DNA of 64,000 nucleotides from Treponema sp. (lineage in GTDB: Bacteria > Spirochaetota > Spirochaetia > Treponematales > Treponemataceae). Shown one piece after another: positions 8,534 through 19,305 of the stretch; the first letter of the stretch is position 1; the number at the start of each line of letters is the position of its first letter. Below the pieces are notes generated by a model, which saw nothing but the letters and a program-made list of their open reading frames with translations, ran no database searches and was not told the DNA's origin. Position numbers and translations under genes: made by a program. The DNA lies in the NCBI GenBank assembly GCA_024696155.1, contig JAILHD010000035.1:20420-84419 (forward strand), in the 5' to 3' direction.

Positions 8534-10489
8534 TTAATTATTTACTCTAGTCCCATTAGTTATACTTTCAGATTCATTATTACCATTATTTCCAGAACTA
8601 GAACCTTTTTTCTTGTTTTGTGCATCTTGTATTTTTTTAAGCCTTGCTTGTCCAATTGAATCTCCTTGAGAAGCTTTTTCTTTCATAAATTCTGATGTTG
8701 TCATATTTCTTGTTTGTTTTGTATTTTGGTCTGTAGTAGTAGCTGTTCTACTATGGGAATTGGATTGGTTATTAAGACTGTTACCTTCTGAACTTTGTCC
8801 ATTTCTCATAAATGCCGGAGAACCTCCCCCTGCTCCACCAGAGCCACCAGCTCCACCTTCAATAAAACCACCCGCTTGTAAGGCTTTATCAAGCACAGAA
8901 AAACCTGTACCCGGTTTTCTGGCAGCAGATTCTAATTTAGCTTTAGTACGCTCCTTTAATGCACCTCCAGCCACAGCACCATAAGCACCCAGAGTGCCTT
9001 TAATTTTTGCAGCAGTTGAAGCATTCGGTCCTAACCCATTTCTTACAGTGGATGCTGCATGATGCATTTTACTTATACCACCTGCAGCATCAATTCCTTT
9101 GTTACCAAGTTTTGCAGCTGCTCCTACAGCTGCACCCGGAGCTTGTTTCATAGCAACTGCAGTACCAAGTGCTGTTCCTCCAGCTTGTAATGCTTCACCC
9201 ATAGATAGCTGTGGTTGTCCTGTAAGAATTGTCTGTGCAATTTTTGGTGCGTTCTGTGTTAATACATAGGCTAAGATTGCTTCAAAACTTACTTCTGCAA
9301 CTCTTGGCCATGTCATACCACCATCATCTGCAATTGTATTAACTGCATTTTGTAACATAAGATAATACACAAACATAAGACAAATTGTTATAACGACAAC
9401 TTTTACCATAAAACTTGTAAATACAGGAATAAGTTTTTTTGGAATATCTTTTGTTCCATCAAAAAGCATAAGAGGTATAAAAATAGCACCTATTCCCACA
9501 ATTATTGTATATTCAAGAATGGTCATAACATATTGAATTGAAGCAAAAATTGTAGCAAGAATTAAAGTAAAACAGCAAAAAAGACACATAACCATTTGCC
9601 ATAAATGCTGTGCAAATGCACCAAAGCTTTCAATATGTTTTGTAACATCTAACAAGCCGCCATGTCTGCTTTCAATATCATCTTGTATGTTTTTATATCG
9701 TAAATTTTCTTTTTCCCACATTATCTGACAACTTAATAATGCAACCCTCAGTAATGAAGCTGAAGAAATGTAATATGTATCTCTCTGCTCAGAATCTTTT
9801 AAATAAATATCAAGGTCAAGATAAGTATTAGTCAGGTCACTGTTATCATCTACCCATTCACCTTTAATATTACGCCTACGTAAAACTTTCTCAATAGAAG
9901 CCAAAGTTTTACGACTAAACATAACTTTATATTTGTCAGCTTCTTTTACATCATTTATCATTTGTAAAGCATAGTCTCTATCAGAATTTTTCTTAAATTT
10001 AAAAGTTTGAACCTCATCTGATATTTTTGATAAATATTCTGACATTGTTTCATTATTTTGAAATTGCGTTGTCAACACTAGCCCTTCAAATTTGGATGAT
10101 AATTCAGCTTCCAAATCATCAGCAATTCGTTCACTTTCTTTTAAGTCATATCTTATTGAATCCCGAACTTGTTTAAGACCATCAATAATTACCTGTTTAC
10201 CACCACCAGCTTTCATTCCTATTTCATTTCCAAGATTCATAAAAGCTGTTGTCATAGTAGGATAAGCTGCTATCATCAATACAAATCCGCACCATTTAAA
10301 AAGTGTGTCCCACCACAAATCCTTAACAGTCATGCGGCTCATCATTACCTTAAAAGCAGACCAGCAAAGTCCAATTGTTCCTATTAGCAATCCGTATCTG
10401 GTTGCCCATTTAAAAGCAACGGCTATAATTCCTCCAAAGTAATCCATTGCTTCTACAACTGGTAAATCAATCCATGAGTTTCCGTTCAT
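8534..10489 (-). CDS. trbL: T4SS VirB6/TrbL-like polytopic membrane protein
   Basis: Multiple TM segments, PKIAQTILTGQPQLSMG motif, Gly/Ala-rich tail; position after the VirB5-like gene. Confidence 0.8.
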   Translation of the reverse strand: MNGNSWIDLPVVEAMDYFGGIIAVAFKWATRYGLLIGTIGLCWSAFKVMMSRMTVKDLWWDTLFKWCGFVLMIAAYPTMTTAFMNLGNEIGMKAGGGKQVIIDGLKQVRDSIRYDLKESERIADDLEAELSSKFEGLVLTTQFQNNETMSEYLSKISDEVQTFKFKKNSDRDYALQMINDVKEADKYKVMFSRKTLASIEKVLRRRNIKGEWVDDNSDLTNTYLDLDIYLKDSEQRDTYYISSASLLRVALLSCQIMWEKENLRYKNIQDDIESRHGGLLDVTKHIESFGAFAQHLWQMVMCLFCCFTLILATIFASIQYVMTILEYTIIVGIGAIFIPLMLFDGTKDIPKKLIPVFTSFMVKVVVITICLMFVYYLMLQNAVNTIADDGGMTWPRVAEVSFEAILAYVLTQNAPKIAQTILTGQPQLSMGEALQAGGTALGTAVAMKQAPGAAVGAAAKLGNKGIDAAGGISKMHHAASTVRNGLGPNASTAAKIKGTLGAYGAVAGGALKERTKAKLESAARKPGTGFSVLDKALQAGGFIEGGAGGSGGAGGGSPAFMRNGQSSEGNSLNNQSNSHSRTATTTDQNTKQTRNMTTSEFMKEKASQGDSIGQARLKKIQDAQNKKKGSSSGNNGNNESESITNGTRVNN

Positions 10490-10507
10490 AATTATTGTTT
10501 CCTTTGG

Positions 10508-11455
10508 TTACTTTTTAATAAATCTTGAAGAAAGCTGACTATTACTATTACTTTCAATTTCAGCAACTCTTGCAGCTTCATCTTTCTCAGCCTGTTCCTG
10601 TGCATCTTTTGCAATCAACTGAGCTGCAGTCATTTGACCTACTTCATTCATATTAAAACCAAGCTCCACAAGCTGTTGTAAAATTTCTTCTGACAAATGC
10701 AATTGAGCTTCCTGCATACCAGCCGCAGTTGGATTTCCATCTGAATCTGTATTATCAAGAGCTGCAGCAATAATTGCATTTGCTTTAGCAAGTTTTTCTT
10801 CTGCTACCATTTCTTCTGCTTGTTCGGTTGCTTTTGCCATAACCTTTTGAGCTGAAGCCATTACAGATGTCTGTGACTGTTGAATAAACACATAATTAGA
10901 CGGGCTGATTCCGTACTTTACCCAGATAGCTTTTCTTTGCTTTTCGTCCAGTCCATCAACAACAGAACTTACAGCTTCTTTCATTGTATTAGTCATATAA
11001 TATTTATAATCACTAACTGCAGTAAGCAGATTCTTGCGGCTTTCCCATGTATCACTGCTGGTACAACCACAAAGGTCTGCAATTGAATACTTTACGTTAC
11101 CACAATTGATTGAAGGTGTTGTAAGTGTTGTTTTGATATTTCTAGCTTGTGTCAAAAGCTTATTTACACGTTTATTTGCATTTTTAATATCATTTCGAAT
11201 ATCAAAATCACCGTCAAAATTTATATTGTCCCAATCTATAGATTTAGCAACTTCAATCGAGTGTTGAATAGATTTATACTGATTTTCAATCTGTGTAATA
11301 GTATTTTTTACCATATCATACTCTTGATAAAGCTGGTCTATACCATTTAGCCAGCCTGAAACATCAAAAACTGGGTAACCAGATGCAAACACAGAACTTA
11401 CAGGAGTAAGCATAAGGCTTACTCCCACAATACCACTAACAATTTTCTTTTTCAT
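10508..11455 (-). CDS. T4SS VirB5/TrbJ-like secreted helical protein
   Basis: Signal peptide followed by GYPVFD motif and coiled-coil; lies between virB4 and virB6. Confidence 0.7.
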   Translation of the reverse strand: MKKKIVSGIVGVSLMLTPVSSVFASGYPVFDVSGWLNGIDQLYQEYDMVKNTITQIENQYKSIQHSIEVAKSIDWDNINFDGDFDIRNDIKNANKRVNKLLTQARNIKTTLTTPSINCGNVKYSIADLCGCTSSDTWESRKNLLTAVSDYKYYMTNTMKEAVSSVVDGLDEKQRKAIWVKYGISPSNYVFIQQSQTSVMASAQKVMAKATEQAEEMVAEEKLAKANAIIAAALDNTDSDGNPTAAGMQEAQLHLSEEILQQLVELGFNMNEVGQMTAAQLIAKDAQEQAEKDEAARVAEIESNSNSQLSSRFIKK

Positions 11456-11463
11456 ATTTCCCC

Positions 11464-14055
11464 CTAAGCGAACATTTTTTTATATCTGGAAGTATCAAGA
11501 TTTCTTGTATCTTTTCCTATTTCACGAGCTTTGGCTGCAACTGCGTCTATAAGTTCAAAGGCAAGCTCATTTGTTGTATTCCGTCCGTACTGATTTTCAA
11601 GTTTATCAAGAAGTTCATGGTCACTTGAAATTAGTGCAAGCTGGAATGCGTCTAAGTCCAAAGTAAACATTCGGCTTCCGTTTGGATTCTTAAAGTAATA
11701 ATCACGTTTCATTGTTGCTTCACTTAATGCAATAATTTCGCTTTCTGTTAATCCAAAGTCTTTATAACTTTCTGCAAGTGAGAGTGCCGATTCATCTGCA
11801 AGATAGATTTTAGTAAGACATTGCTGAACGATTGTATCTCGCAAAGATGATTTACTTGCTGCAGAAACTTCCTGAGTTGCAAAAATACAGAACACTTTTT
11901 TCTTTCGCAAAGTACGAAGCCATTCCTGAATAAATCCGGCAAAGACCGGATGCTGCAGATAAAGCCAAGCTTCATCAAGAAAAAGGAATGTAAGCGGCTG
12001 TTTTGCTCCATGTGGAACAGTCCAGAGTTTTTCAAGATAGCGGAAAATATACATAAGAGCTGGGGCAACAGCTTTTTCGCTTAATCTCATTAAACTACCC
12101 ATTTCAATAGTCATAAGTTTTGAAAGATTAAGAGTTGTCTTTTCAGCATCAAAGATAGAACCGAATGTTCCGCCACGACAGTAAGGATCAAGTGCGGTTC
12201 TAATTGTATTATCTCCATTGTTTGGATTTGTGTAATTTACATATCCCTGAAAAGAAGTAAGGTCGTGCATATCAGAGCTTTTAATAGAAAGCATTACCAG
12301 AGTTTCACTGATTGCCTTACTCATTTGAGGTGTAACTTCAATATTCTGCTGTAAGATAAGACATTCAATAAACTGCTGACACCACATCAGACTTTCACAA
12401 TATTCTTCATCACTACATTCTTCTGGATTCAAAAGCTCACTTAATGGCTGAAAAGCTACTTCATCTTTGCCAGGTTCGATGTAAACGCCACCTGCAGCAA
12501 CCATAAAAGCACGGCTTGAAAGCTGCTTATCAATACATACAATGTTTGCATCTTTGTATTTTGTTGCCTGTGCCATAAGTAAAGCTAATAGAGTTGATTT
12601 ACCAGCACCAGTCGGACCAAACACGAACGTGTGTCCGACATCTCTTACATTTAGATTTAAGAAAAACGGAGTACCATAGCTTGTAGAACAAGTTAAAAGA
12701 GGAACGGCACTACCACAAGTTTCAAGTGTAAAATCGTTATAAAACATTCCCTGCCATGCAGAACATAATGGAATGATATTAGACATATTTCTTGTAGATA
12801 TAAGCGGTCTGCGGATATTTGAATAAACATTTCCTGCCATCATTCCGCACCAAGCTTCTACGTTGTTAAAGGTTTCTTCTTTTGTTGCAAAACCACAGGC
12901 ACGAACAGTCTGCTGTAATTTGCGGGATTTTACCTTTGCAGCTTCAAGATTAGTATCCCAGCACATAAGGTTGCTTGTGTAATAACCAAGAACATATTCA
13001 CCCATAGCAATATCAGCTTGAATCTGATTTGCTTCGGCTTCCATTTCCACAGCACCTTGATTTTCTCGGTCGATTTCTACATTGGCTGCAAGTTCTGTAA
13101 AAAGAGTTCCTGCAGATTTCCTTGCAGAGTACATACGTTTCTGGTATTTATCTGCTTCTTTTGCAGAAGTTTCTTTTGACATTGGTAAAAATCGTGTAGT
13201 CCATCTAAATTCCAACATTGTTCGGTTTAGACGGTCAAAAATTCCCGGATAACTTTTACTTGGAAAATCCATAACTGCTATTATAGGTACATAGTAAGAA
13301 CCGATTTTCAAAGGCATAGAAGTATGAACGTCCATATCACAGATAAAATTATCAAGAAAAAAGAACGTATTTTCCGGGTAAATTAAATCCTGTCTATTCA
13401 GACTGATGTTATTTTTTATGTAAGTAAAAAGTTCTGAATCATTAAGGCGGTGACACCAGATTTTTGTTGCTAGTGTACCCATTACCTTTTCAACTTCATC
13501 AAGGAAGTTTTCTATTTCTTTTTTGAAAAAAGAAACATTTATTGTTTCATCATTAAAGCTAAATAAAGAAGCTTTCTTAGACTTTGTAGTTTTCTTTTTT
13601 GCATTTTTATTCTTAAAGAAAAATGAGGTAGCTTTATTTTCTATATCACTAGGCAGCTGATAAACAAATGTAATGTAATAATCTGTTGTAAAATGCTCTC
13701 CATATTTATGAAAGTTTTCTGCCCTTCTCTGGTCTATAAGCCAGCCAGCAAGATTATCAAATTCACCACTTGGATAATCTTTTGTTTTGTAACGTCTTAC
13801 ATCAAAAAATATTGCCCACCCTTCGTCCTGAGCAAGCGCCATTACACTCTTATTAAAAAGCGATGCCATACTTGCAATAGTAGAAGCTGAAGAACTTTCC
13901 AAATCAGGATATTCAACCTGATAGGTGGTCATAATTGCACCATTTTTCAAAAGACAAACAGAAGGTGAAATTATAAAAGAGTATGGTGAAATATACTTCA
14001 ACTGATTAAACGGTTCTTTTACAGTTTTTTTGAAATCCATAAAAGGTATATTCAT
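11464..14055 (-). CDS. trbE: T4SS VirB4/TrbE ATPase
   Basis: DVGHTFVFGPTGAGKST Walker A, LDEAW Walker B, WLRTLRKK, FATQ; 863 aa. Confidence 0.95.
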   Translation of the reverse strand: MNIPFMDFKKTVKEPFNQLKYISPYSFIISPSVCLLKNGAIMTTYQVEYPDLESSSASTIASMASLFNKSVMALAQDEGWAIFFDVRRYKTKDYPSGEFDNLAGWLIDQRRAENFHKYGEHFTTDYYITFVYQLPSDIENKATSFFFKNKNAKKKTTKSKKASLFSFNDETINVSFFKKEIENFLDEVEKVMGTLATKIWCHRLNDSELFTYIKNNISLNRQDLIYPENTFFFLDNFICDMDVHTSMPLKIGSYYVPIIAVMDFPSKSYPGIFDRLNRTMLEFRWTTRFLPMSKETSAKEADKYQKRMYSARKSAGTLFTELAANVEIDRENQGAVEMEAEANQIQADIAMGEYVLGYYTSNLMCWDTNLEAAKVKSRKLQQTVRACGFATKEETFNNVEAWCGMMAGNVYSNIRRPLISTRNMSNIIPLCSAWQGMFYNDFTLETCGSAVPLLTCSTSYGTPFFLNLNVRDVGHTFVFGPTGAGKSTLLALLMAQATKYKDANIVCIDKQLSSRAFMVAAGGVYIEPGKDEVAFQPLSELLNPEECSDEEYCESLMWCQQFIECLILQQNIEVTPQMSKAISETLVMLSIKSSDMHDLTSFQGYVNYTNPNNGDNTIRTALDPYCRGGTFGSIFDAEKTTLNLSKLMTIEMGSLMRLSEKAVAPALMYIFRYLEKLWTVPHGAKQPLTFLFLDEAWLYLQHPVFAGFIQEWLRTLRKKKVFCIFATQEVSAASKSSLRDTIVQQCLTKIYLADESALSLAESYKDFGLTESEIIALSEATMKRDYYFKNPNGSRMFTLDLDAFQLALISSDHELLDKLENQYGRNTTNELAFELIDAVAAKAREIGKDTRNLDTSRYKKMFA

Positions 14056-14322
14056 TTATAATGCCCTCCAGATTGATGGTTGCAAAAGCCGTTCAAACAA
14101 AATTGTAAGCATAAAAGGGTCTTTTCTGCACAAAATCCGGCAGATAATAAAAAGCACAATTCCAATTCCAAAACACCAGAAACTTACTGTATTCATAAAG
14201 ATTATGGTAAGTACCAGAATAAACATAGCAGGAGCAGCACCAATTCCAAGAAGTTGAGATGGTTCAAGCAGAACTCTATGAATAGGTGTTGCAAAATCCA
14301 TTACCGTAATTTCATCTTCCAT
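14056..14322 (-). CDS. trbD: T4SS VirB3/TrbD
   Basis: PIHRVLLEP...two TM...RKDPF pattern directly upstream of virB4; start moved to ATG 14322, which has a GGAG RBS. Confidence 0.8.
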   Translation of the reverse strand: MEDEITVMDFATPIHRVLLEPSQLLGIGAAPAMFILVLTIIFMNTVSFWCFGIGIVLFIICRILCRKDPFMLTILFERLLQPSIWRAL

Positions 14323-14387
14323 TATTTTCTCCAATAAAGTCCAAAAGTTATTAAAAAACAACTTCTGGACTTTATGCCATTAAATTA

Positions 14388-14777
14388 TTAAGCAATACGT
14401 TCTACAGTCTGTAGAGTTGTACAACTAAATTCATCAAACTTTAGTCCTTCCAAGAAATATCCTGTAATTCCAGAAGCACTAAGAAGAATAACAGTTCCAA
14501 TAATCCAAGGTGCAAACTTCTTAATAACCTGTCCACCGCCACCCTGCTGACCTGCAGCAATCATACCAATTGCTTCAATAATCAAAGCAACACAAGCAAG
14601 AGCTTTTACCCAGCCTGATGAGAAAATTGAAAGAACTTTATTTCCCCAAGTATCAAGAGTATCAATTGTTGCATCTTCTGCGAACATACCAGAAACCATT
14701 ACAACAGAGAAAAGAACAAACATAATAAAAGATTTTGAACATACAAAACCTTTAAGATTTTTTAATATGGATTTCAT
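14388..14777 (-). CDS. T4SS VirB2/TrbC-like pilin
   Basis: Long signal peptide plus two hydrophobic helices, between virB11 and virB3; start ATG 14777 with TAGGAG RBS. Confidence 0.7.
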   Translation of the reverse strand: MKSILKNLKGFVCSKSFIMFVLFSVVMVSGMFAEDATIDTLDTWGNKVLSIFSSGWVKALACVALIIEAIGMIAAGQQGGGGQVIKKFAPWIIGTVILLSASGITGYFLEGLKFDEFSCTTLQTVERIA

Positions 14778-14911
14778 TTTTAAACTCCTATTAAATCCAA
14801 AAGATGTAATTAAAACGTTCAGAGCAAAAATAAAAATCAAAAGATAAAATTACTGAAAAACATATATAAACATCAGAAAACAAAACTTCAGCAATATCCA
14901 ACAGTTTTTTA

Positions 14912-14927
14912 ACCGACACGTGTCGGT
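14912..14927. repeat. 16-bp palindrome ACCGACACGTGTCGGT (family copy)
   Basis: Perfect palindrome in the virB11-virB2 intergenic gap. Confidence 0.9.
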
Positions 14928-14952
14928 TTTTACTAAACAACACCTCCTTTTT

Positions 14953-15912
14953 TTATTTTTCCATATCTAAAGTTGCCGAAAGTTGTTTTGTTTCAACAAC
15001 TTCATTCACAATCGGACCATTCTTCGTAGGTATCATGTGTATCAGAAGCTGAACCGATTGGGAAACATCAGGTAATTCACCCGGAATTACTTCTCGAAGC
15101 AAATCTCGGATTCTTGAAATCATAGTAGACGCAGAATTTGCATGTACCGTAGTAATTCCACCTGTATGACCAGAATTCCAAGCTTTTAAGACTTCATTTG
15201 TAACATCACCATAACGAAGCTCACCAAAAATGATTCTGGAAACATTACAACGCATGGCAATACCAACAGCTTTAAGACAATCTTTACCTTCCGCCCAAAT
15301 TGGGAATACGTCTTTTGCATGACATTTTATTTCGCTGGCATCTTCAACAATGTAAAATCTGTCGTCTGGCGTAAACTCAATCATTTTGTCGATAATGGCA
15401 TTAATAAGCGTAGTTTTACCAGAACCAGTTTCACCACCGATTACGATGTTACTTCGCTTTTTTATGTGTTCAATAATAAGCTCATATTTCTCTTTTGAAA
15501 TACGCCCACTTTCAAGATAGCTTTCAAGGCTGAAAATATAATCCGAAGGTCTGCGAATGATAAACATAGGATTAGCACTGGCACGAGGTGGTAAAATACC
15601 TTCAATACGCAATTTCCATTTAGGAAGCGGTAAAACTCCTTCCACAATAGGATTTTTTGAATCAATGTTAATTCCAAGAATTGACGCACTGGTATGAATA
15701 ATACTTTCAGTTTCTATGTCAGAAAAATAAATCCCTGTATAATTCTTATCCATACCGATACCTTCAACAATAAGCTGCCCACCAATTCCAATTGCAATAT
15801 CAGTTACTTTCGGATTTTCAAGAAAAGGTAAAATCCGGCTCATATCATTCAAAAGATTATGAATCCATTTATCTGTCTTTATCTGCTGTCCAAATCCATC
15901 AATGCTTGCCAT
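14953..15912 (-). CDS. trbB: T4SS VirB11/TrbB ATPase
   Basis: GETGSGKTT Walker A, VEDASE, GELR, AWNSGHTGGITTVHA. Confidence 0.93.
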   Translation of the reverse strand: MASIDGFGQQIKTDKWIHNLLNDMSRILPFLENPKVTDIAIGIGGQLIVEGIGMDKNYTGIYFSDIETESIIHTSASILGINIDSKNPIVEGVLPLPKWKLRIEGILPPRASANPMFIIRRPSDYIFSLESYLESGRISKEKYELIIEHIKKRSNIVIGGETGSGKTTLINAIIDKMIEFTPDDRFYIVEDASEIKCHAKDVFPIWAEGKDCLKAVGIAMRCNVSRIIFGELRYGDVTNEVLKAWNSGHTGGITTVHANSASTMISRIRDLLREVIPGELPDVSQSVQLLIHMIPTKNGPIVNEVVETKQLSATLDMEK

Positions 15913-16355
15913 TAGCTGTTACTCCCCTGCTGTTCGTAAGCATCAAGAATCATTGCTTCAAGTTTGCCTGTATGGTTTGTTTTCAAGATAGAAGAACATT
16001 CATTCATAAACTTTTCATATTCTTTTTCTACTACAAAATCAGAATTTACCTGTTTATTAGGCAGCGTTTTCATCAAAAGCTTAGTCTGTTGCAGAACAAT
16101 CAAAGCCATAAGTTCAATTTTGCTTTCAAGAAAACGTATCTTTCTTGAGTTTTCTATAAGACTTGCATGAACAATTTCTGTGTCGCTCATAGAACGATTT
16201 ACATAGTTCATTACAGCTTGTCTGATAATTTCGCTATTAGATGTATGATGTTCCAAAGCTTTAGCTTCTATTAATTCAGCCATTTTCTGTGTAAAGCGAA
16301 GCTGCATCTGTACAGAATATCTTTCGTGTTCTTCTTTTTTATTATTCTTACTCAT
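15912..16355 (-). CDS. Ribbon-helix-helix (CopG-like) protein
   Basis: VQMQLRFT...A......SEIIRQAV RHH pattern; occupies the usual slot between virD4 and trbB. Confidence 0.7.
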   Translation of the reverse strand: MSKNNKKEEHERYSVQMQLRFTQKMAELIEAKALEHHTSNSEIIRQAVMNYVNRSMSDTEIVHASLIENSRKIRFLESKIELMALIVLQQTKLLMKTLPNKQVNSDFVVEKEYEKFMNECSSILKTNHTGKLEAMILDAYEQQGSNS

Positions 16356-16370
16356 TTTTTAATCCTTATG

Positions 16371-18596
16371 TTATGACGCAGCAAACAAATCATATTCAGC
16401 TGGAATAACAACATCTGCCTTTACTGCATTAATCTTTTCAATTGCTTTATCTATAGATGAAATTTGTTTTCTAATCTTCTGGTGGCTCGGCAATCGGTTA
16501 AATGAAGTTGTCAGATAGTTCCAGTCTGGAATACGCTGCCATGCAAGCTTCATAAAGCGTGGGTCTTCATAGTAAACGACTTTCTTGCCTTTGTACGGAG
16601 CCATTCCCTGATTGATAACGATACATCTATTGAATTCAAGCTTCATAAGTTCATCTGGATTTATAAGACTTGTTGCTGTTTCCTGTGAACTTCTGGAAAT
16701 ATTACTGTAGCCTACCTGATACTTACTTCCGCTGGAAGAAATGTTATCCAGCAAAACAGAACGGTTACCTATCGTTTCGGAGAAGTTTTTTGCATCTTGG
16801 TAGTTACCCGGAGCATAAATAATAAGGGTCTTACAATGGTCAAGGAACGGATGTTTCTCGCCATAGGTTTCTACCAGCTGATTAACAGACTGCGATACAA
16901 TAAAGAATGTTACGCCATATCCGGCTAAAATACCCATGTTTTGAGCAATGTCTGGGAAATATCCTAAAACTGGGAACTCATCCAAAAGGAACAAACAAGG
17001 ATTTTTTAATTTTACAGAATTTGCACTTGTTGTACCGTCTGAAAACTTCTTAATCATAAACGTAATAAGCATACGGAACACAGGCGCAATACGAGGAATA
17101 TGGTTATAAGGAATAATCAAATACAATGAAATTCCATTTACGCTGTTAATAAAATCATCAACTGAAAAATCAGAATAAGAAGTAGCTTCTGCAACAAGAG
17201 GGTCTTGGAATAAAGTAATTTTTGAGAAAACTGTTGAATAAGTTGAACCTCTTTCTTTTGCAGGTTGCAAAAGACTTCGATTCGCTGCAAGTCTAATCAA
17301 ATTATTAATAATCTCAGAGCCGTGATCCGTAGCAATCATAGTATTACACATTGCTTCGCCACAGCCTTCGTTTTCTTCATCACTTGCTTCTTTTCCAGTT
17401 TTTCCTTCATGACTGGCTTCTGACATGAATTCTAGAACCTTTACCATATTCTTTTCTTTCCACGGAATTACATTTTCCGGCGAGAATCTGACGTGAAGAA
17501 CAACAGCTGTAAAAATATCACGAGCTTTGCTAGAAAAGTAAGCAGATGTTTCATCACCACCGCCACCATTACCCTTTTTCTCATTTGAAAAGAATATTTC
17601 AGCAATCATATCTGCCCAGGCAAAAGCTGTATTTGGATTATCAGGAATTTCAGCCAATGGATTATAATGTGCAGTCCATTCTGGTTCTACCTTTTTCCAT
17701 TTAGGGTCATTTTTATCTTCTTCTGAAATTGGTCTGTCACCAAGAGGGCGAAATGGAACACAAGTTGAAAACTTAGAACGCCAACCTGCAGTAGCAGCCC
17801 AGTTTTCACCTTTAGGGTCAAAAATTACCATTGAACCACGACCTTTAATAACCTTCTTTTTATGGGCTAAAAATTTAAGCTTTCCGTCAAAATGTTTGAC
17901 GAAAAAAGCATTTTTATTAACATCATAATGATAATAAGGAACGCCATAATTTATACAGGTTGGAATTACTGTTGAAACACCTTTTCCGGAACGTGTCGGA
18001 GCAATCATCCATGTATTAGTACGTCCAGAATGACAAATCAAAGGTGCGTTTTGTGGCTTACCAAAAATAGATTTGTGTAAGTCAAGAACAAGGCTCATAT
18101 CTTCTTCTTTAAGATGATAACCTACATTCGCATTCTCCAATTCTCCACAAACAACACCATGCTGCTGTAACATTCCGTATTTTTGTAAATCCTTTACTGT
18201 TGCCCAACGAGCTGTACCATGAATGTGCTGATTTTTCTGGTGTCCAGAAACAATAATACTTGTTACAACAAAGATTAAAGCTCCAAGAGAAAGTCCAAAG
18301 AAAGCAGCAGGAACAGCTTGGAAGAAATAAAAGGAATAAACATCATTAAAGGAATATTTGAACATTCCCAAAATGAAAACAAGCGGATTATAAATGCGAT
18401 AACCATTTTTTAAAATAAATAAAGGGCGACCGATTACACGAGGGTCGTAATTCATTAGAGGAGCAAACTTTTGAGTTGTAATGAATAAGCCTGTAAGAAC
18501 ACAGATGATAGGCACTACCCAGTTTAATACAGTTAACCAGAATACTTTGTAGTGTGCATCGGGGTCAGTTCTTGAAAACTCTTCTTTTTCTTTCAA
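16371..18596 (-). CDS. traG: Type IV coupling protein VirD4/TraG
   Basis: N-terminal TMs, HGTARWA, APTRSGKG Walker A, DPKGE, LLDEF..LG, QS..QL...YG; TTG start. Confidence 0.95.
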   Translation of the reverse strand: MKEKEEFSRTDPDAHYKVFWLTVLNWVVPIICVLTGLFITTQKFAPLMNYDPRVIGRPLFILKNGYRIYNPLVFILGMFKYSFNDVYSFYFFQAVPAAFFGLSLGALIFVVTSIIVSGHQKNQHIHGTARWATVKDLQKYGMLQQHGVVCGELENANVGYHLKEEDMSLVLDLHKSIFGKPQNAPLICHSGRTNTWMIAPTRSGKGVSTVIPTCINYGVPYYHYDVNKNAFFVKHFDGKLKFLAHKKKVIKGRGSMVIFDPKGENWAATAGWRSKFSTCVPFRPLGDRPISEEDKNDPKWKKVEPEWTAHYNPLAEIPDNPNTAFAWADMIAEIFFSNEKKGNGGGGDETSAYFSSKARDIFTAVVLHVRFSPENVIPWKEKNMVKVLEFMSEASHEGKTGKEASDEENEGCGEAMCNTMIATDHGSEIINNLIRLAANRSLLQPAKERGSTYSTVFSKITLFQDPLVAEATSYSDFSVDDFINSVNGISLYLIIPYNHIPRIAPVFRMLITFMIKKFSDGTTSANSVKLKNPCLFLLDEFPVLGYFPDIAQNMGILAGYGVTFFIVSQSVNQLVETYGEKHPFLDHCKTLIIYAPGNYQDAKNFSETIGNRSVLLDNISSSGSKYQVGYSNISRSSQETATSLINPDELMKLEFNRCIVINQGMAPYKGKKVVYYEDPRFMKLAWQRIPDWNYLTTSFNRLPSHQKIRKQISSIDKAIEKINAVKADVVIPAEYDLFAAS

Positions 18597-18613
18597 AACA
18601 TTTCCTTAGTCTT

Positions 18614-18623
18614 GGTGGGCAGA
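18614..18623 (-). promoter_or_regulatory. TCTGCCCACC box upstream of virD4
   Basis: The same 10-mer lies upstream of virB8 (34808-34817) and topB (40204-40213) in the same relative orientation. Confidence 0.6.
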
Positions 18624-18771
18624 AAATGTTTTATTTATGTATTTATTTTAATAATTTATTACATAATATACAATACATAATGTAATTAATTGTATTACAA
18701 GAAAAATATTTTTATTACACAACTTGAAAAAATAAGTGGACAAATCAAAATGTAGATTTTATAATAAAAAT

Positions 18772-18975
18772 ATGAATAATAGAAATTGGGGCGGGCAAAG
18801 AAAAGGCTCTGGTCGTAAAGCAACTGGCAGAATGACAGTAAACATAACACTTACCCTTACAACCGAAGAAGCGAAAGCTTTAGAGGAACGGGCAAAATGT
18901 GATGGTCTGTCAATCAGCCGTTTTGTTGCCAAATGGCTTGTTCTAAGTCCACCTAAAGAAAAAAAAGGAGAATAA
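18772..18975 (+). CDS. Small RHH-type DNA-binding protein with N-terminal GGxRxGSGRK motif
   Basis: MNNRNWGGQRKGSGRK...NITLTLT.EE...L...A...GLSISRFV; TGGACA-17-TATAAT promoter ends 6 nt before the ATG. Confidence 0.7.
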   Translation: MNNRNWGGQRKGSGRKATGRMTVNITLTLTTEEAKALEERAKCDGLSISRFVAKWLVLSPPKEKKGE

Positions 18976-18978
18976 AAA

Positions 18979-19290
18979 ATGACAGCAGAGGAATTAAAAA
19001 AAGCAAAACCAAATGTCAATTTTATTAAAACAAAAGTTTTTGTTGAAAAACCTGACATTGAACTTTTGAAATCATCTTTCATCCCAGATGAAGATATGCC
19101 GGAATTTCCAAAAATCGAAAAAGGAACAAGAATTTACCCTCTTTCGATTACGGAATACCCTTCTGTTTTAAGCAGAATGACAGCTATGGAAGCTGGAGCA
19201 TGGGCTATAACAAAATGCAAACAGGAAAACTGGGAACTGGAGCTTGAAAACTTCCAGAGCTGTCTTGCAAACTTGGAAATGGATTTTTAA
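18979..19290 (+). CDS. Hypothetical protein
   Basis: 103-aa ORF with AGGAG RBS, in operon. Confidence 0.75.
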   Translation: MTAEELKKAKPNVNFIKTKVFVEKPDIELLKSSFIPDEDMPEFPKIEKGTRIYPLSITEYPSVLSRMTAMEAGAWAITKCKQENWELELENFQSCLANLEMDF

Positions 19291-19305
19291 AGAGGAACAC
19301 TTAAA

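Noticed and set aside
17990-18000. Half-site ACGTGTCGG inside virD4
   Set aside because: Only one arm matches and it is explained by the PTRS codons of Walker A; not counted as a palindrome copy.
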